This document shows, in pieces, positions 10,590 to 21,016 of a DNA stretch of 64,000 nt. Numbering within the stretch: the first letter of the stretch is position 1; the number at the start of each line of letters is the position of its first letter. Under the pieces are notes generated by a model that worked only from the letters and a program-made list of their open reading frames with translations, was not told the origin of the DNA and made no database searches. Made by a program: the position numbers and the translations under genes. The stretch spans positions 32,001-96,000 of the forward strand of contig JAHLWP010000003.1 of assembly GCA_019057865.1 (NCBI GenBank), given 5' to 3'. The DNA is from Promethearchaeota archaeon (GTDB lineage Archaea > Asgardarchaeota > Lokiarchaeia > Sigyniarchaeales > SOKP01).

Positions 10590-10766
10590 TTTATTAATTA
10601 AGCTCCAATGTTTAAATTAGCTACTTTTATTTAAATAACAAAAAGATAATAATTAAAAATCCAATAAGGGTTTCAAAATTGTAAAAGCTTCTGCTTTTTA
10701 CTTTCGCAATTATTTAAATTTGTATACTTTTTTTCTTATTACATAAAAATATATTTTATTTAATTA

Positions 10767-13700
10767 ATGGGGATTTTTTTGTCTAAATCATACTATAAAC
10801 GTAAGTTTAATAATAAGATCATTTCAGTAATTTTCATTATATCCATATTTATTATCACTATAAGCGCATATTCTAATCATTTTAGTAATTCCGAGAGAAA
10901 TAAAACATTTATTGACTATAAAGATGATTTAAAAAGTTCTAATCCATATACATTTCAAGGAAGTGAACCAGCTTTGAATATAACTGATGAGGGTAATTTA
11001 TATAAGTTAAATCAAGAAATTTCACTATCTAATGAAGAAGAATTAAATTTATCTTACTACTTAGATGATGAGCATGATTGGAAAATCTTAGAAATTCAAA
11101 ATGAAATCACTAATATAGAAGATACAAGAAATTGGGTTAATAATAGTGTAATCCAGCCTGTAACAATATATAGAGAATATCAATCATTTCAAAGTGCTCA
11201 TTATCCTTATGCTAATAATCGTGGTCGACTTATTATTGATAGTACAGTCTATGAAGAGGGTGCTTTTTACATGAGGGTACATTTTAGTAATATTTCATTT
11301 GACGTTCAACCTTTAGTTGAAGACACTGATTATATTTACCTTTATAATTATAGCGCTTATGAATTCTTTGTTGAAACTGGTTTTAGGGAAAATCTTTATT
11401 CTCCATGGATCTCTGGAGATACAATATATGTTACTTATAGTTCTGATAATATTAACAACAATGACTATGGATACTATATTGATTATTATGAATTTGTAAA
11501 TGCATCTTCAAATATATACCCAAATGAATATTCATGGGGTTTCAAGTATAAGCAAAATTATAATTGGGGTGCTAACAATTATGGATTTGGAGAAATGGGG
11601 AATAATACCGCAATGTTCATTGGATATTATGGTGATTATATAGATCCAGAGACATTTGATTATGATATCGGAACATTTTCAGAAGCATATCAGGAGTTAA
11701 CGATACCTAGAGGGCAAGTTATAGATGCCTATCTTAAATTTGATTATTATCTTGAGTTTGGATTAGCGACAAACGATAATTTTATGTATGCTTCAATAAA
11801 CAATCAAAAGGTTTTTTCTAGAGGAATGCTTGATATTGAAAACTTAGGAAAACATAAGTGGCATCATACTGGTAATATTCCTATGAATTTATGGGTAAAT
11901 TCCTCAGAAATTTTCGAAACAACTTATGTAAAAGATCAACAGTTAAATATATCCTTAGGTATTAAAAGTGGAGGTGCTTGGCAATATAGCGGTTCTGAAG
12001 ATTGCAATATTAATGTTATTTGGTTTGATAATATTTCTTTAGTGGTAACTTCAATTGCTAATTCAAGTCAAGATGGTATAAATTTGACTATAAATTCGAT
12101 AAATTTATCTGAGGGAGAAGAATGGGGTAAATCTTATTTAAACTTAACAGATGGATGGGATACAAACCCCGTCATTTTAACAGTTAATACAACTTCACTA
12201 TCATTAGAATTTGAACTAGATTCAATTTTATATGGATCACATAATTCTAAAACTAAAATTAATCAACAAAATGAAGAGGGTATTTCATATAAAGTATTAA
12301 ATAATAACACAATATATTGGGAGTTTTACCATAATTTCTATATGCCAGCAGAATATTCTGATTTCGAATTTACTGTTATAAAACCTAATAATTGGAAAAT
12401 TATTTCTGTTTTAGATCCAACATTTATCCCAATTCCTTTTGAAGGTGGTAATCTAGGAGAAGATTATATCAAAATTAATAGTACTTATGCATTATTTCCC
12501 GGTTGGTGGAGATTTAAAGCAAGTTCCCCAAACTATATTAGTGAAAATAACACAGATATATCAAAAGATGGTCAATGGGGATTTAATGAATTTCATTCTG
12601 GAGATTCTATAAGAGTTAAGACTCAGGTAAATTCTACTAATGAAATACCTTTAAATTTAGATACAACTGTAGTAAATTTGACCATTTACTATCCTAACAG
12701 TAGTATTTGGTATCAAGAATCTAAAATACCATTATCAAATGGAACAATAATTTTTTCAGATATATTACTTACTTCCCTAAATTCAGTAGGAGGTGTTTAT
12801 AATTATACCTTATTTTGGAGTAATGGGACAGCAATAGGAGGATTGCTTTCAAATTTCATTGTAATTCATGATAGTTATTTAACGATCTTAAAGCCTGATG
12901 ATGCAAAATTAGATAACCAGACAGGGGGTACTGTTGGTGATATTATTCCATTGAGAATTTATTTACGAGATGCTGAAAATGATATTTATATCTCAGATGC
13001 TTTAATTTCTTATAATTGGACAACAGGTACAGTATTTTTAGTAGAGGCATCATTAGGAATTTATGAAGGTGTTCTTGATACAGCAGATTTAGGTGGATTC
13101 GGATTATATAATATAATCATAAGTACAAGTAAGGTTGGTTTTATCAATAGTAACTTAACTTTAAGAATAAACCTTGGAGAAGATACAAATTTACAGAGAT
13201 TAGAGTCTGATTCAAAAATAGTTATACATACAAATAGTACTATTAGATTCTTTTATTATTCAGAATTTGATGAGGAAGGAATCCTTGGAGCACAAGTTTT
13301 AGTAAATATAAGTAATCCAGCCTATTATACAGTTCAGGAAGAATCTGATGGTTATTATTCAATTGAATTTAGTACAGAATTTATTGATAACATAGGTGTT
13401 TATCGATTGGTATTCGAATTTTCAGTAATTGGATATGAACCACAGACTCATATATTTCAGTTTGAAATTATAAATCCTCCTGTAACACGAGAAAAGCCAA
13501 ATTATATGTTATTGGGGATTTTGTTTGCTTCTATTGGAATAGGAGCGATATTTGCTGCTCTTAGTTTAAGATCTTATGTAATATTACCAAGAAAAAGAAG
13601 GAAGGAATCCGAACTCTTAGCAGAAACCCAAAGATTTAAAGATATCAGAAATATTCAGGCGATAGTGATAATTCACAAATTAAGCGGGATTCCAATCTTT

Positions 13701-14321
13701 TCAAAAAGTTATTCTATTTTAGAGAAACATAAAAAAGAACTTTTTTCGGGATTTATTCAAGCAATAACTACAATTGGAGAAGAATTTGTTGAGCGAGAAT
13801 CTGCAAAACCTAAAATGAAAGAATCAGCTAAAGGTTATGGTAGCGAAAGAATTATGGAATTAGATTTCAAATACTTCTATTGCCTTATTGCTGATTTAGA
13901 AGAAGTAAGAGCAGTGTTAGTACTTAATGAAAAATCATCTGAACGATTAAAAAGTCAACTTAGACACCTTTTATTAGCCTTAAATTTGAATTTATCAGAA
14001 CAATTACAAAGCTGGGATGGGTCATTAGATCAATTTGAGGTAATCTTGCCATCAATATTAAATGAATATTTTGAACTTTATTATAAAGAATCATTTCAAT
14101 TGAATATTAGAGATAATGAATTCCTAAAGATAACAAAAGATAAAAGCTTAAATAAAATGGAAATTAGGGTTTTAAACGTTATCAATTCTGTTGCCAAAAG
14201 TAAGGAGAACATTATTAATTTAGAGATGATAATTAATCTAGCTCATGAAGAAAATAAAGATATAATTATAAAAGCCATAGAATCATTAATAGCACAAAAA
14301 ATAATTGTTCCATTTAATTAA
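10767..14321 (+). CDS. large membrane-anchored surface protein: CUB-like and beta-rich ectodomain, TM helix, cytoplasmic longin-like domain and wHTH-like end
   Basis: N-terminal hydrophobic segment; many N-x-S/T sequons; CUB-like SAHYPYANN..MRVHFSN..DYIYLY..VTYSSD..YGYYI; TM followed by PRKRRK; longin-like IVIIHKLSGIPIFSKSY..LFSGFIQAI. Confidence 0.75.
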   Translation: MGIFLSKSYYKRKFNNKIISVIFIISIFIITISAYSNHFSNSERNKTFIDYKDDLKSSNPYTFQGSEPALNITDEGNLYKLNQEISLSNEEELNLSYYLDDEHDWKILEIQNEITNIEDTRNWVNNSVIQPVTIYREYQSFQSAHYPYANNRGRLIIDSTVYEEGAFYMRVHFSNISFDVQPLVEDTDYIYLYNYSAYEFFVETGFRENLYSPWISGDTIYVTYSSDNINNNDYGYYIDYYEFVNASSNIYPNEYSWGFKYKQNYNWGANNYGFGEMGNNTAMFIGYYGDYIDPETFDYDIGTFSEAYQELTIPRGQVIDAYLKFDYYLEFGLATNDNFMYASINNQKVFSRGMLDIENLGKHKWHHTGNIPMNLWVNSSEIFETTYVKDQQLNISLGIKSGGAWQYSGSEDCNINVIWFDNISLVVTSIANSSQDGINLTINSINLSEGEEWGKSYLNLTDGWDTNPVILTVNTTSLSLEFELDSILYGSHNSKTKINQQNEEGISYKVLNNNTIYWEFYHNFYMPAEYSDFEFTVIKPNNWKIISVLDPTFIPIPFEGGNLGEDYIKINSTYALFPGWWRFKASSPNYISENNTDISKDGQWGFNEFHSGDSIRVKTQVNSTNEIPLNLDTTVVNLTIYYPNSSIWYQESKIPLSNGTIIFSDILLTSLNSVGGVYNYTLFWSNGTAIGGLLSNFIVIHDSYLTILKPDDAKLDNQTGGTVGDIIPLRIYLRDAENDIYISDALISYNWTTGTVFLVEASLGIYEGVLDTADLGGFGLYNIIISTSKVGFINSNLTLRINLGEDTNLQRLESDSKIVIHTNSTIRFFYYSEFDEEGILGAQVLVNISNPAYYTVQEESDGYYSIEFSTEFIDNIGVYRLVFEFSVIGYEPQTHIFQFEIINPPVTREKPNYMLLGILFASIGIGAIFAALSLRSYVILPRKRRKESELLAETQRFKDIRNIQAIVIIHKLSGIPIFSKSYSILEKHKKELFSGFIQAITTIGEEFVERESAKPKMKESAKGYGSERIMELDFKYFYCLIADLEEVRAVLVLNEKSSERLKSQLRHLLLALNLNLSEQLQSWDGSLDQFEVILPSILNEYFELYYKESFQLNIRDNEFLKITKDKSLNKMEIRVLNVINSVAKSKENIINLEMIINLAHEENKDIIIKAIESLIAQKIIVPFN

Positions 14322-14368
14322 TAGAATTTCATCAAAATTATAATATACTTATTTTTTTTATTTATTTT

Positions 14369-14995
14369 ATGAACAATATGAAAGAATTCAGATTTAGATG
14401 TACTAGATGCGGTAATTGTTGTAGCGATAAAAATACAATAGTTAATTTGACTTGTTTTGATATTTTAAGAATCAGAAATGGTTTAAATTTAAGCATTGAA
14501 GAAATTCTTGAAGTTATTGGGTTTTATATTTTTGATAAAGAAACAATAAATGAAGAACATAAAATGGTGGTTTCTCCAATAGAAACAGAAAGAGGATTAG
14601 CATTTATTGGACTTCTTAAGAAAGATTCAGGTTTTTGTTATTTTTATAATGATTCAGAAAAGAAATGTTTTATATATGATTTAAGACCAATATTTTGTAG
14701 AACTTTTCCTTTTTCATTCAATCTTATTTTTAGTAAGTCTAATAAAACAAGTGCTAAAATTAAAATGTTTTATACCGAAAAAGGGAAACAGTATTGTCCT
14801 GGTATTGGAGTTGATGCCCCTCTTATTAATGAAGATAAATGGATAGAATTAGGAAAACAAACAATAGAAGAATTGAATAATAATGAAATTTTAATAGAAA
14901 AATGGAATAAAGCTGTTAAACTTGGTCAAGTTACTCCCACAGTTAAATCTTTTCTTTTAACCATTTTTAATATAAAAAAGACTAATCAAGATTAG
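14369..14995 (+). CDS. YkgJ family cysteine-cluster (CxxCxxCC) protein
   Basis: FRCTRCGNCC...CYFY...CFIYDLRPIFCRTFPF...CPGIG. Confidence 0.9.
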   Translation: MNNMKEFRFRCTRCGNCCSDKNTIVNLTCFDILRIRNGLNLSIEEILEVIGFYIFDKETINEEHKMVVSPIETERGLAFIGLLKKDSGFCYFYNDSEKKCFIYDLRPIFCRTFPFSFNLIFSKSNKTSAKIKMFYTEKGKQYCPGIGVDAPLINEDKWIELGKQTIEELNNNEILIEKWNKAVKLGQVTPTVKSFLLTIFNIKKTNQD

Positions 14996-15019
14996 AGATA
15001 TTAATAGTTAGAGCTATTT

Positions 15020-16681
15020 TTAGGAAAGTAGTGATCCATATTGAGAGCTTGCTAATAATGCCCAAAATAACATCCTTAATTCAACTTTATACCCTAGTTT
15101 ATCATTTCGCCAGTTAAAGTCTTTATTAATCTCTTCTAGGCTAAAAAAATTTGTTGAATTAGTTATGAAATTTAGTAATCGACTACAAAATTCTGATTCT
15201 TGTTCTTTTAACTCAAGTAGATCATATATCAATAATACTTTAGCCGAATCAGTAATAATATCATTGATCGATCCATTGGATTTTATTAACTTTTTTAGCT
15301 CATTATTATAACGAGATTTAAATGGTTGAAGGTTTATTTTCTTATCAATCAATTTTATCAATGCAAGTTGATGATAAATATCAAGAGAAGGTTTATATTC
15401 TTCTAGATTGTGCAAATTGAGGTTTAAAATAGGGTTTAGAAGATCTCTCTTATTCATTATGATAGTTCCACTTTTTTCCAATAATCTCAAACTAAATAAA
15501 GTATAGAAATTCAAACTTAATTTCTCTGGAGTAAAATTCTTTAATTCTGCTTCAAGGAACATTTCAATAGCAAGAAGATCTATAATATCGGCGTTATTTA
15601 GGAGATTTAATTCTGAAAATATAATAAGACCGAAAAAAATATTTACAGGGTCAGGTTTAGCTTCTCTTGAAGAGCTAAACATCTTTCCATTTATATACTT
15701 CTTTATAATTTCTAAAATTTCAATAAAAGTAAAAGGAAACTCTATATTTAACATTTTTAATATAGAAACATAATAAAAGAGATTTTCTAAGTCAAGAAAG
15801 TCAGGATTTACGACTCTAGAATTTAAAAAATTCATAATTTCTATTTTAATTTTATTGATAATCTCTGGATGAATAGAGGGGAAATTCCCAAAATAATCAA
15901 GATATGTTGATTTTGGTTCCTTATCGTAATTAATGGATCTCAAATCTATTACTTGGTCATTCGGTGTGATTTCAGTAATATTTGCTTTAAGTGAGGTTTC
16001 TTCTTTGATTATCTCTTTTTTTGGGGTTTTTAGAGTCTCAATACTATCTCTTTTAGCAATTTGAAGCTGTTTTAAAATATCACTCTCTTGCTTTTGTTCT
16101 TTAGATTTTTCAACTGATCCAACCTCCCCTACTTCTTCAATTATTAGATGTAAATTAATATAATCAATAAAATCATAGATTTTACTTGTTTGAAGTACTT
16201 CCTTAATATGTGGTGTAGTAATATTATTTTTTTTAAAATTATTTAGTTTCTGAATGAAATTCTGGGGTATTATGTTAAAAAGGTTTAAATTTTCAATTTG
16301 TTTCTTGTCAAAATCAATAATATATTTGACTAAAATTTCAAACAAGATTTTATTTACATAAATAGTTAAATTCTTTTCAAAAAAAGTGTTATAATCAGGA
16401 AATTGTTCAATTTTAAAATTTTCTTCAAATTTTTTCTGTTCATCTGATATTTTATCCATTGAAACTCCTATTGTATTTAAACCTGTTTTTATTGCTTTTG
16501 TAATATCCTTTGATGTATTCTTCATTGATTTCTTGCTTTCATCAGATGTTTTTTTATTCAAATCAATATTTTTGTAAGAAATAAGATCCTTTAAATATGA
16601 GTAGCTATGGTTAAAGTAATCTAAAATCTCTACTTTTAGAGATGATAAAAAGTTAGTTAATATTGGCTTTATTTCTTCCAT
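15020..16681 (-). CDS. hypothetical protein with C-terminal helical-repeat (possibly alpha/alpha-toroid) region
   Basis: 553-aa ORF; charged linker followed by repeated amphipathic helices (LFYYVSILKML, IFFGLIIFSEL, IYHQLALIKLI). Confidence 0.6.
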   Translation of the reverse strand: MEEIKPILTNFLSSLKVEILDYFNHSYSYLKDLISYKNIDLNKKTSDESKKSMKNTSKDITKAIKTGLNTIGVSMDKISDEQKKFEENFKIEQFPDYNTFFEKNLTIYVNKILFEILVKYIIDFDKKQIENLNLFNIIPQNFIQKLNNFKKNNITTPHIKEVLQTSKIYDFIDYINLHLIIEEVGEVGSVEKSKEQKQESDILKQLQIAKRDSIETLKTPKKEIIKEETSLKANITEITPNDQVIDLRSINYDKEPKSTYLDYFGNFPSIHPEIINKIKIEIMNFLNSRVVNPDFLDLENLFYYVSILKMLNIEFPFTFIEILEIIKKYINGKMFSSSREAKPDPVNIFFGLIIFSELNLLNNADIIDLLAIEMFLEAELKNFTPEKLSLNFYTLFSLRLLEKSGTIIMNKRDLLNPILNLNLHNLEEYKPSLDIYHQLALIKLIDKKINLQPFKSRYNNELKKLIKSNGSINDIITDSAKVLLIYDLLELKEQESEFCSRLLNFITNSTNFFSLEEINKDFNWRNDKLGYKVELRMLFWALLASSQYGSLLS

Positions 16682-16787
16682 CTTTCAATTTTCTTAATTG
16701 AGCAATTTATTTATTAATCTTATATCTATAATCAATATAAACATTTATGTTTTATATTGAAAATCTTAAAAAAGAAGAATTCGCGTT

Positions 16788-17534
16788 TTGCTGATGGAAA
16801 ACTGCTTTTTTAACCATATTGCTAAAGATTATCATTTGAAAAGAAAAAAGCCTTGGAAACCTTTTAAATCATTTATAGTATATTTAGAGAAGAAAGGCTA
16901 TACCTTTAAGGGACTTAATATTGATTTAGGATGTGGTAATGGTAGACATTTTAAATTATTACAAAAAAAAAGTTTTAAATTAATTGGAATTGACAATTCA
17001 ATTGAATTTCTAAAGATTGCTCTTGAAGACTTTAAGGATAGCGATCAATATACTAATAATGAGAAAAATTTTATACAAATTGTTCTTGCGGATCTAAGAT
17101 TTCTACCTATAAGACTGAATGTAATACAAAACATTTTTTCAGTTGCATCAATTCATCATATAAGACATAAATTTGAAAGACAAGGTGCAATTAAGCAATT
17201 ATTTAATTTGCTAAAAGATAATGGCTATATTTTAATAACTGTATGGCGTAAATGGCAAAAGAAGTATAAAAGTTATTTTTTTTACGATTGGTTTCGAAGA
17301 ATAATTAGTTCTACGTATAAAAGAGAACGATATATGGAAGGATTAGATGAATTTGGAGACAAATATGTCTCTTGGAAAATATCGAGTGAGAAAAAGAAAT
17401 ATAATAGGTTTTATCATTTCTTTTCAAAGTGTGAGATTAAGAAGTTAATCAAAAAATTTAAAGTCCAAGAGTTTAAGATATTGGGTGGACCAAATAATCG
17501 AGATAATTTTTTTATCTTAGCCCAAAAACTATAA
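16788..17534 (+). CDS. class I SAM-dependent methyltransferase, Trm9/ALKBH8-like
   Basis: IDLGCGNGRH, GIDNS, SVASIHHI, ILITVW, RFYHFF. Confidence 0.8.
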   Translation: MLMENCFFNHIAKDYHLKRKKPWKPFKSFIVYLEKKGYTFKGLNIDLGCGNGRHFKLLQKKSFKLIGIDNSIEFLKIALEDFKDSDQYTNNEKNFIQIVLADLRFLPIRLNVIQNIFSVASIHHIRHKFERQGAIKQLFNLLKDNGYILITVWRKWQKKYKSYFFYDWFRRIISSTYKRERYMEGLDEFGDKYVSWKISSEKKKYNRFYHFFSKCEIKKLIKKFKVQEFKILGGPNNRDNFFILAQKL

Positions 17535-17564
17535 ATATTGAATTTTAATCATTATATTTTAACT

Positions 17565-18062
17565 TTAATGACATACCATTGAATTAAATGCTTTTAAAAT
17601 GAATGGTTCAAAATTTTCATATAGTTTTCCTATTACAATCGCATGGGCGTTAAATATTCTTTCAGATATATCGCAATAAAAAATCTCATGAATTGCCCTT
17701 TCGACATAATATCGTTTTCTCATCATTTTTCTTCGTTGTCCAAACCAAATTGTTTGTTCATGACTCAGCAACCAATCCTGTTCTTTTTTTGTAACTACTA
17801 AACCGATGGCATTGTAAACATCTATTGAATTCTGTACTTCTTTATAATAGAAGAGATTTAACCTATCCTTATTCTCCCAATTTATTTCTAGTGTTGAATT
17901 GGGACCCCAAATTTCATCATAATCATCTTGAGAATGAAAAATAATGGAACCATGAGTTTCATCCCCTTCAAATTTAACTTCTCTGTACCATTTTGGCATT
18001 TTGTTAACTATAACTTTACATTCTGGTTTGTTATACACATAGTAATTGTATTCCATATTCAC
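17565..18062 (-). CDS. hypothetical protein (possible Mog1/PsbP-like fold)
   Basis: 165-aa ORF with AGGTG Shine-Dalgarno; the fold guess rests only on overall pattern. Confidence 0.6.
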   Translation of the reverse strand: MNMEYNYYVYNKPECKVIVNKMPKWYREVKFEGDETHGSIIFHSQDDYDEIWGPNSTLEINWENKDRLNLFYYKEVQNSIDVYNAIGLVVTKKEQDWLLSHEQTIWFGQRRKMMRKRYYVERAIHEIFYCDISERIFNAHAIVIGKLYENFEPFILKAFNSMVCH

Positions 18063-18215
18063 ACCTAATTATTAGTTTTAAGAAAAAACTTATTTTTAAC
18101 ATATATTTAGATTTTTTAAAGTTTTTTTTTTTTTTAAAAAGGAGATTATTTGAAGTGTGATAATTAAATTGATAAATTAATCAAACAATTCAAATTAAAA
18201 ATAAAAAATATAAAA

Positions 18216-18806
18216 CTACTTTATTAACTCTATCGCTTCTTCAATCCATTTTTTTAATCTTTCTTCTGAAACACCTTTAATTAATGGAGCTAATTCTTCA
18301 GGATTTTCCTTACTAAGTTCCTCTATATTATTAACTCCAAGTTCTATAAATTTCTTAGCTGTTGCGGCACCTAATCCTGTTAATCGTGTTAGGGGAGTTC
18401 CTTTAGCCTCAACAGTTATTTTTTCCTTTTTAACTTTCTCTTTCTTAATTGGCTTTGGTTTTTCTTTTATTACAGGCTTTTTTGGAGTGACAACTACTTT
18501 CTTCGCAGGTTTTGCCTTGGGTTTCTCTACTTTAAGTTTGAATGGAGTTGGTTTCTTTTCTTTCTTAACAAATGGCTGTCTTTTCTTTCTTTTTTCTTTA
18601 GGTATTTCAATTGATTTTAGTTTTTCAATATTCTCCATGAGTGCAGATTTTCTAAAGAAGTCTATTTGAATATTTAATTTTTTTAATGATTCAATAGTCT
18701 TCCCAGCTTCTTTAATTTCTTTTAGAGAAAATCCTTTTCCTTTTCTGATATGTCCATCTTTAGCTGGGCTTTTTACCATAGCAATGAGTTTTTGTTTGCT
18801 TTCCAT
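18216..18806 (-). CDS. rpl13e: ribosomal protein eL13 fused to a Lys/Pro-rich linker and a helix-hairpin-helix domain
   Basis: RKGKGFSLKEIKEAG...IQIDFFRKS...NIEKLK matches archaeal L13e; C-terminal LTRLTGLGAATAKKFIELG...IKGVSEERLKKWIEEA is HhH-like. Confidence 0.8.
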   Translation of the reverse strand: MESKQKLIAMVKSPAKDGHIRKGKGFSLKEIKEAGKTIESLKKLNIQIDFFRKSALMENIEKLKSIEIPKEKRKKRQPFVKKEKKPTPFKLKVEKPKAKPAKKVVVTPKKPVIKEKPKPIKKEKVKKEKITVEAKGTPLTRLTGLGAATAKKFIELGVNNIEELSKENPEELAPLIKGVSEERLKKWIEEAIELIK

Positions 18807-18934
18807 ACTTTCAACACAGCTTTGTTATGTTAATAATGTAATTTAGATAAAATTTGAAAGTTTTTATTTTTTTCTATTGAAAATAGTAAAACCATAAATT
18901 CTACTTAAAAATAATTAAACCTAATTTTTTCTTT

Positions 18935-19573
18935 TTATTTAATCTTAATGATATCAAGCTGTTCTAATTTCTTTAATACATCAATTATTTCTGATCGCTT
19001 TTTATTTAATATTCTTGAGATTTTAAGTGGTGAATTTTTACAAGTACATTGTATCGCAACTTGAAAATCAATGTCTGATATCATCCCCATTGAGAGAACT
19101 TTTTCTAATACATTTTTAACTACTAATAATTTAGGAAACTCTTCAGCAACATGCCCCCCAATGGTTAAATTCTCAATATCTGCTTTTAATGTGTTAAACC
19201 TACTTTTTTCTGTTGTCGATCTATAAACTTTAAGATCAGATTTATGTTTTTTCCAAAAGCGATTTGCTATTTTATGAATTACTTCTTTGATCTTTTCAGT
19301 ATTATCATCGGCATCAGAAATAGAACAGAATAAAACCCGTGATATAGGATGATAATAAATAAAGATAGTTGAATCTTCTGATCCTAAGACTCTATTCATT
19401 TCATTTACTCGCCTCCCTTTAGTCATCGCTTCATGGACAAGATCAATTGTTTTATTGATTGCATTGAAAAATCCTGTTAAAATATCATCTTGAATTTTCT
19501 TTAATTCTTTGAATGTTAATTCTAAAAGAGAAATCGAGCTATCTCCATCAATTAAATATACTTTATAGATCAA
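18935..19573 (-). CDS. longin-like domain protein with C-terminal wHTH-like region
   Basis: IYKVYLIDGDSSISLLE...DILTGFFNAI longin pattern; SPLKISRILNKKRSEIIDVLKKLEQLDII HTH-like. Confidence 0.65.
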   Translation of the reverse strand: MIYKVYLIDGDSSISLLELTFKELKKIQDDILTGFFNAINKTIDLVHEAMTKGRRVNEMNRVLGSEDSTIFIYYHPISRVLFCSISDADDNTEKIKEVIHKIANRFWKKHKSDLKVYRSTTEKSRFNTLKADIENLTIGGHVAEEFPKLLVVKNVLEKVLSMGMISDIDFQVAIQCTCKNSPLKISRILNKKRSEIIDVLKKLEQLDIIKIK

Positions 19574-19717
19574 AATTGAAATAGAAAAATCTAATTTTTT
19601 TATTACTATGATAATAAAAATACTTTCTTTTGAATACTCGCATAAATTTAAATGATTAAAATTAAATGTTCAAATTTATATTGATTTAATAAAAATTAAT
19701 AAAACCAATTTAGGGAA

Positions 19718-20983
19718 ATGAAAGTTAAAAAAACATTTTTTATCGTATTTTTATTTATTTTTCCTTGGATATTTTCGACAACTCTAACAATTTCGGCACC
19801 TACTGAAATCTTCAATCATTCTTTTCCAAGATTGTTTACAAGTAGCGGAGTATCTAACTTTAATATTGGTGGAAGTGTGATATATCAGGTAGAAATTGAT
19901 TTTACATTAACTGTTAACTCAGGGACAGGTAATTATTGGTTTAAGTTCTCTAGATTAAATGATCGGCAACCCAACTCATTATTGACTCAATATTGCCCGC
20001 CATACCAAGAGAGTGAATTACTTTATTCAAATATTGTAGGATCTGATAGCACTCCATATTTAATGCAAGATAAATTTAATAATACATATGATCTGTTCAA
20101 TAGCACCTTAAATCAAGGTCAATCGGTTAGTCTTAGTCAAATATATAATGTTACTTTGAATGCCGTTTCTTTTAAAAATGTTAATTACTCAGATATTGGA
20201 CCTTATGACGTATATGATGAAATGTTTGATTTATATTGTAATAATTCAGAAACTTATTATGAGCGTGATAATGCAGCATTAATTAGCGAGTCGAATAGTA
20301 TCGTAAATCCTACTGATAATCCAATTGAAAAAGCTGAAAAGATTTGTAATTGGGTATCAAGCTTTCTCACATATGATGGTATGTTACCTGCAGAAGAGAT
20401 GGGTGCTTTATGGGCTCATACTAATGAACGAGGTGATTGTAGTGAATTCTCAAGTTTAATGGTGACTTTATTAAGGATTCAAGATATTCCTGCTCGCAAA
20501 GTTACTGGATATTGTATTTCCGCTAACCCAACAACTAAACCTTATGAAGGACAAGTCTGGACTTTTATTGCTAGTAGCAGTTCAGGTTCAAACTTTCTAG
20601 GACATGCTTGGGTTGAATATTATGTCCCAGATATAGGTTGGATTGCTTGTGATCCAACATGGCATAGTGGAGGATTTGATTATTTCAATCGGATTGATTA
20701 TCTTCGATTTAATTTAAATATAGGGCAATGGTTTTCCATACCAATGTTATCTGATGTAAGTGAATTTCCCAATCCTTGTATTGTTTATAACAATCCCAGC
20801 TTTGATTTTATCTATCAATTTAAAGTAACAGCAACCGAATCTAGTTTAAGTCCATCAGATCAATTTCCTATGTTGATTGTTATAGTTGTAATGGCTGCCA
20901 TAGTTATCGCTTTAGTTGCTATAATCTTACCTATGACTATAAAGAGAAAACGTAAAAAAGAAGTTACTTACTATGAATACTAA
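19718..20983 (+). CDS. membrane-anchored transglutaminase-like protein
   Basis: signal peptide; GDCSEFS (Cys), GHAWVEYY (His), WIACDPTW (Asp); C-terminal TM plus KRKRKK. Confidence 0.9.
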   Translation: MKVKKTFFIVFLFIFPWIFSTTLTISAPTEIFNHSFPRLFTSSGVSNFNIGGSVIYQVEIDFTLTVNSGTGNYWFKFSRLNDRQPNSLLTQYCPPYQESELLYSNIVGSDSTPYLMQDKFNNTYDLFNSTLNQGQSVSLSQIYNVTLNAVSFKNVNYSDIGPYDVYDEMFDLYCNNSETYYERDNAALISESNSIVNPTDNPIEKAEKICNWVSSFLTYDGMLPAEEMGALWAHTNERGDCSEFSSLMVTLLRIQDIPARKVTGYCISANPTTKPYEGQVWTFIASSSSGSNFLGHAWVEYYVPDIGWIACDPTWHSGGFDYFNRIDYLRFNLNIGQWFSIPMLSDVSEFPNPCIVYNNPSFDFIYQFKVTATESSLSPSDQFPMLIVIVVMAAIVIALVAIILPMTIKRKRKKEVTYYEY

Positions 20984-21016
20984 ATCTTTTTTTTTTATTA
21001 CATCTATTTTGAAAGT

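Noticed and set aside
19718-20983. Transglutaminase-like protein as an archaeosortase substrate
   Set aside because: It has a C-terminal TM plus basic tail, but no recognisable PGF/PEF/PGY-type motif before it
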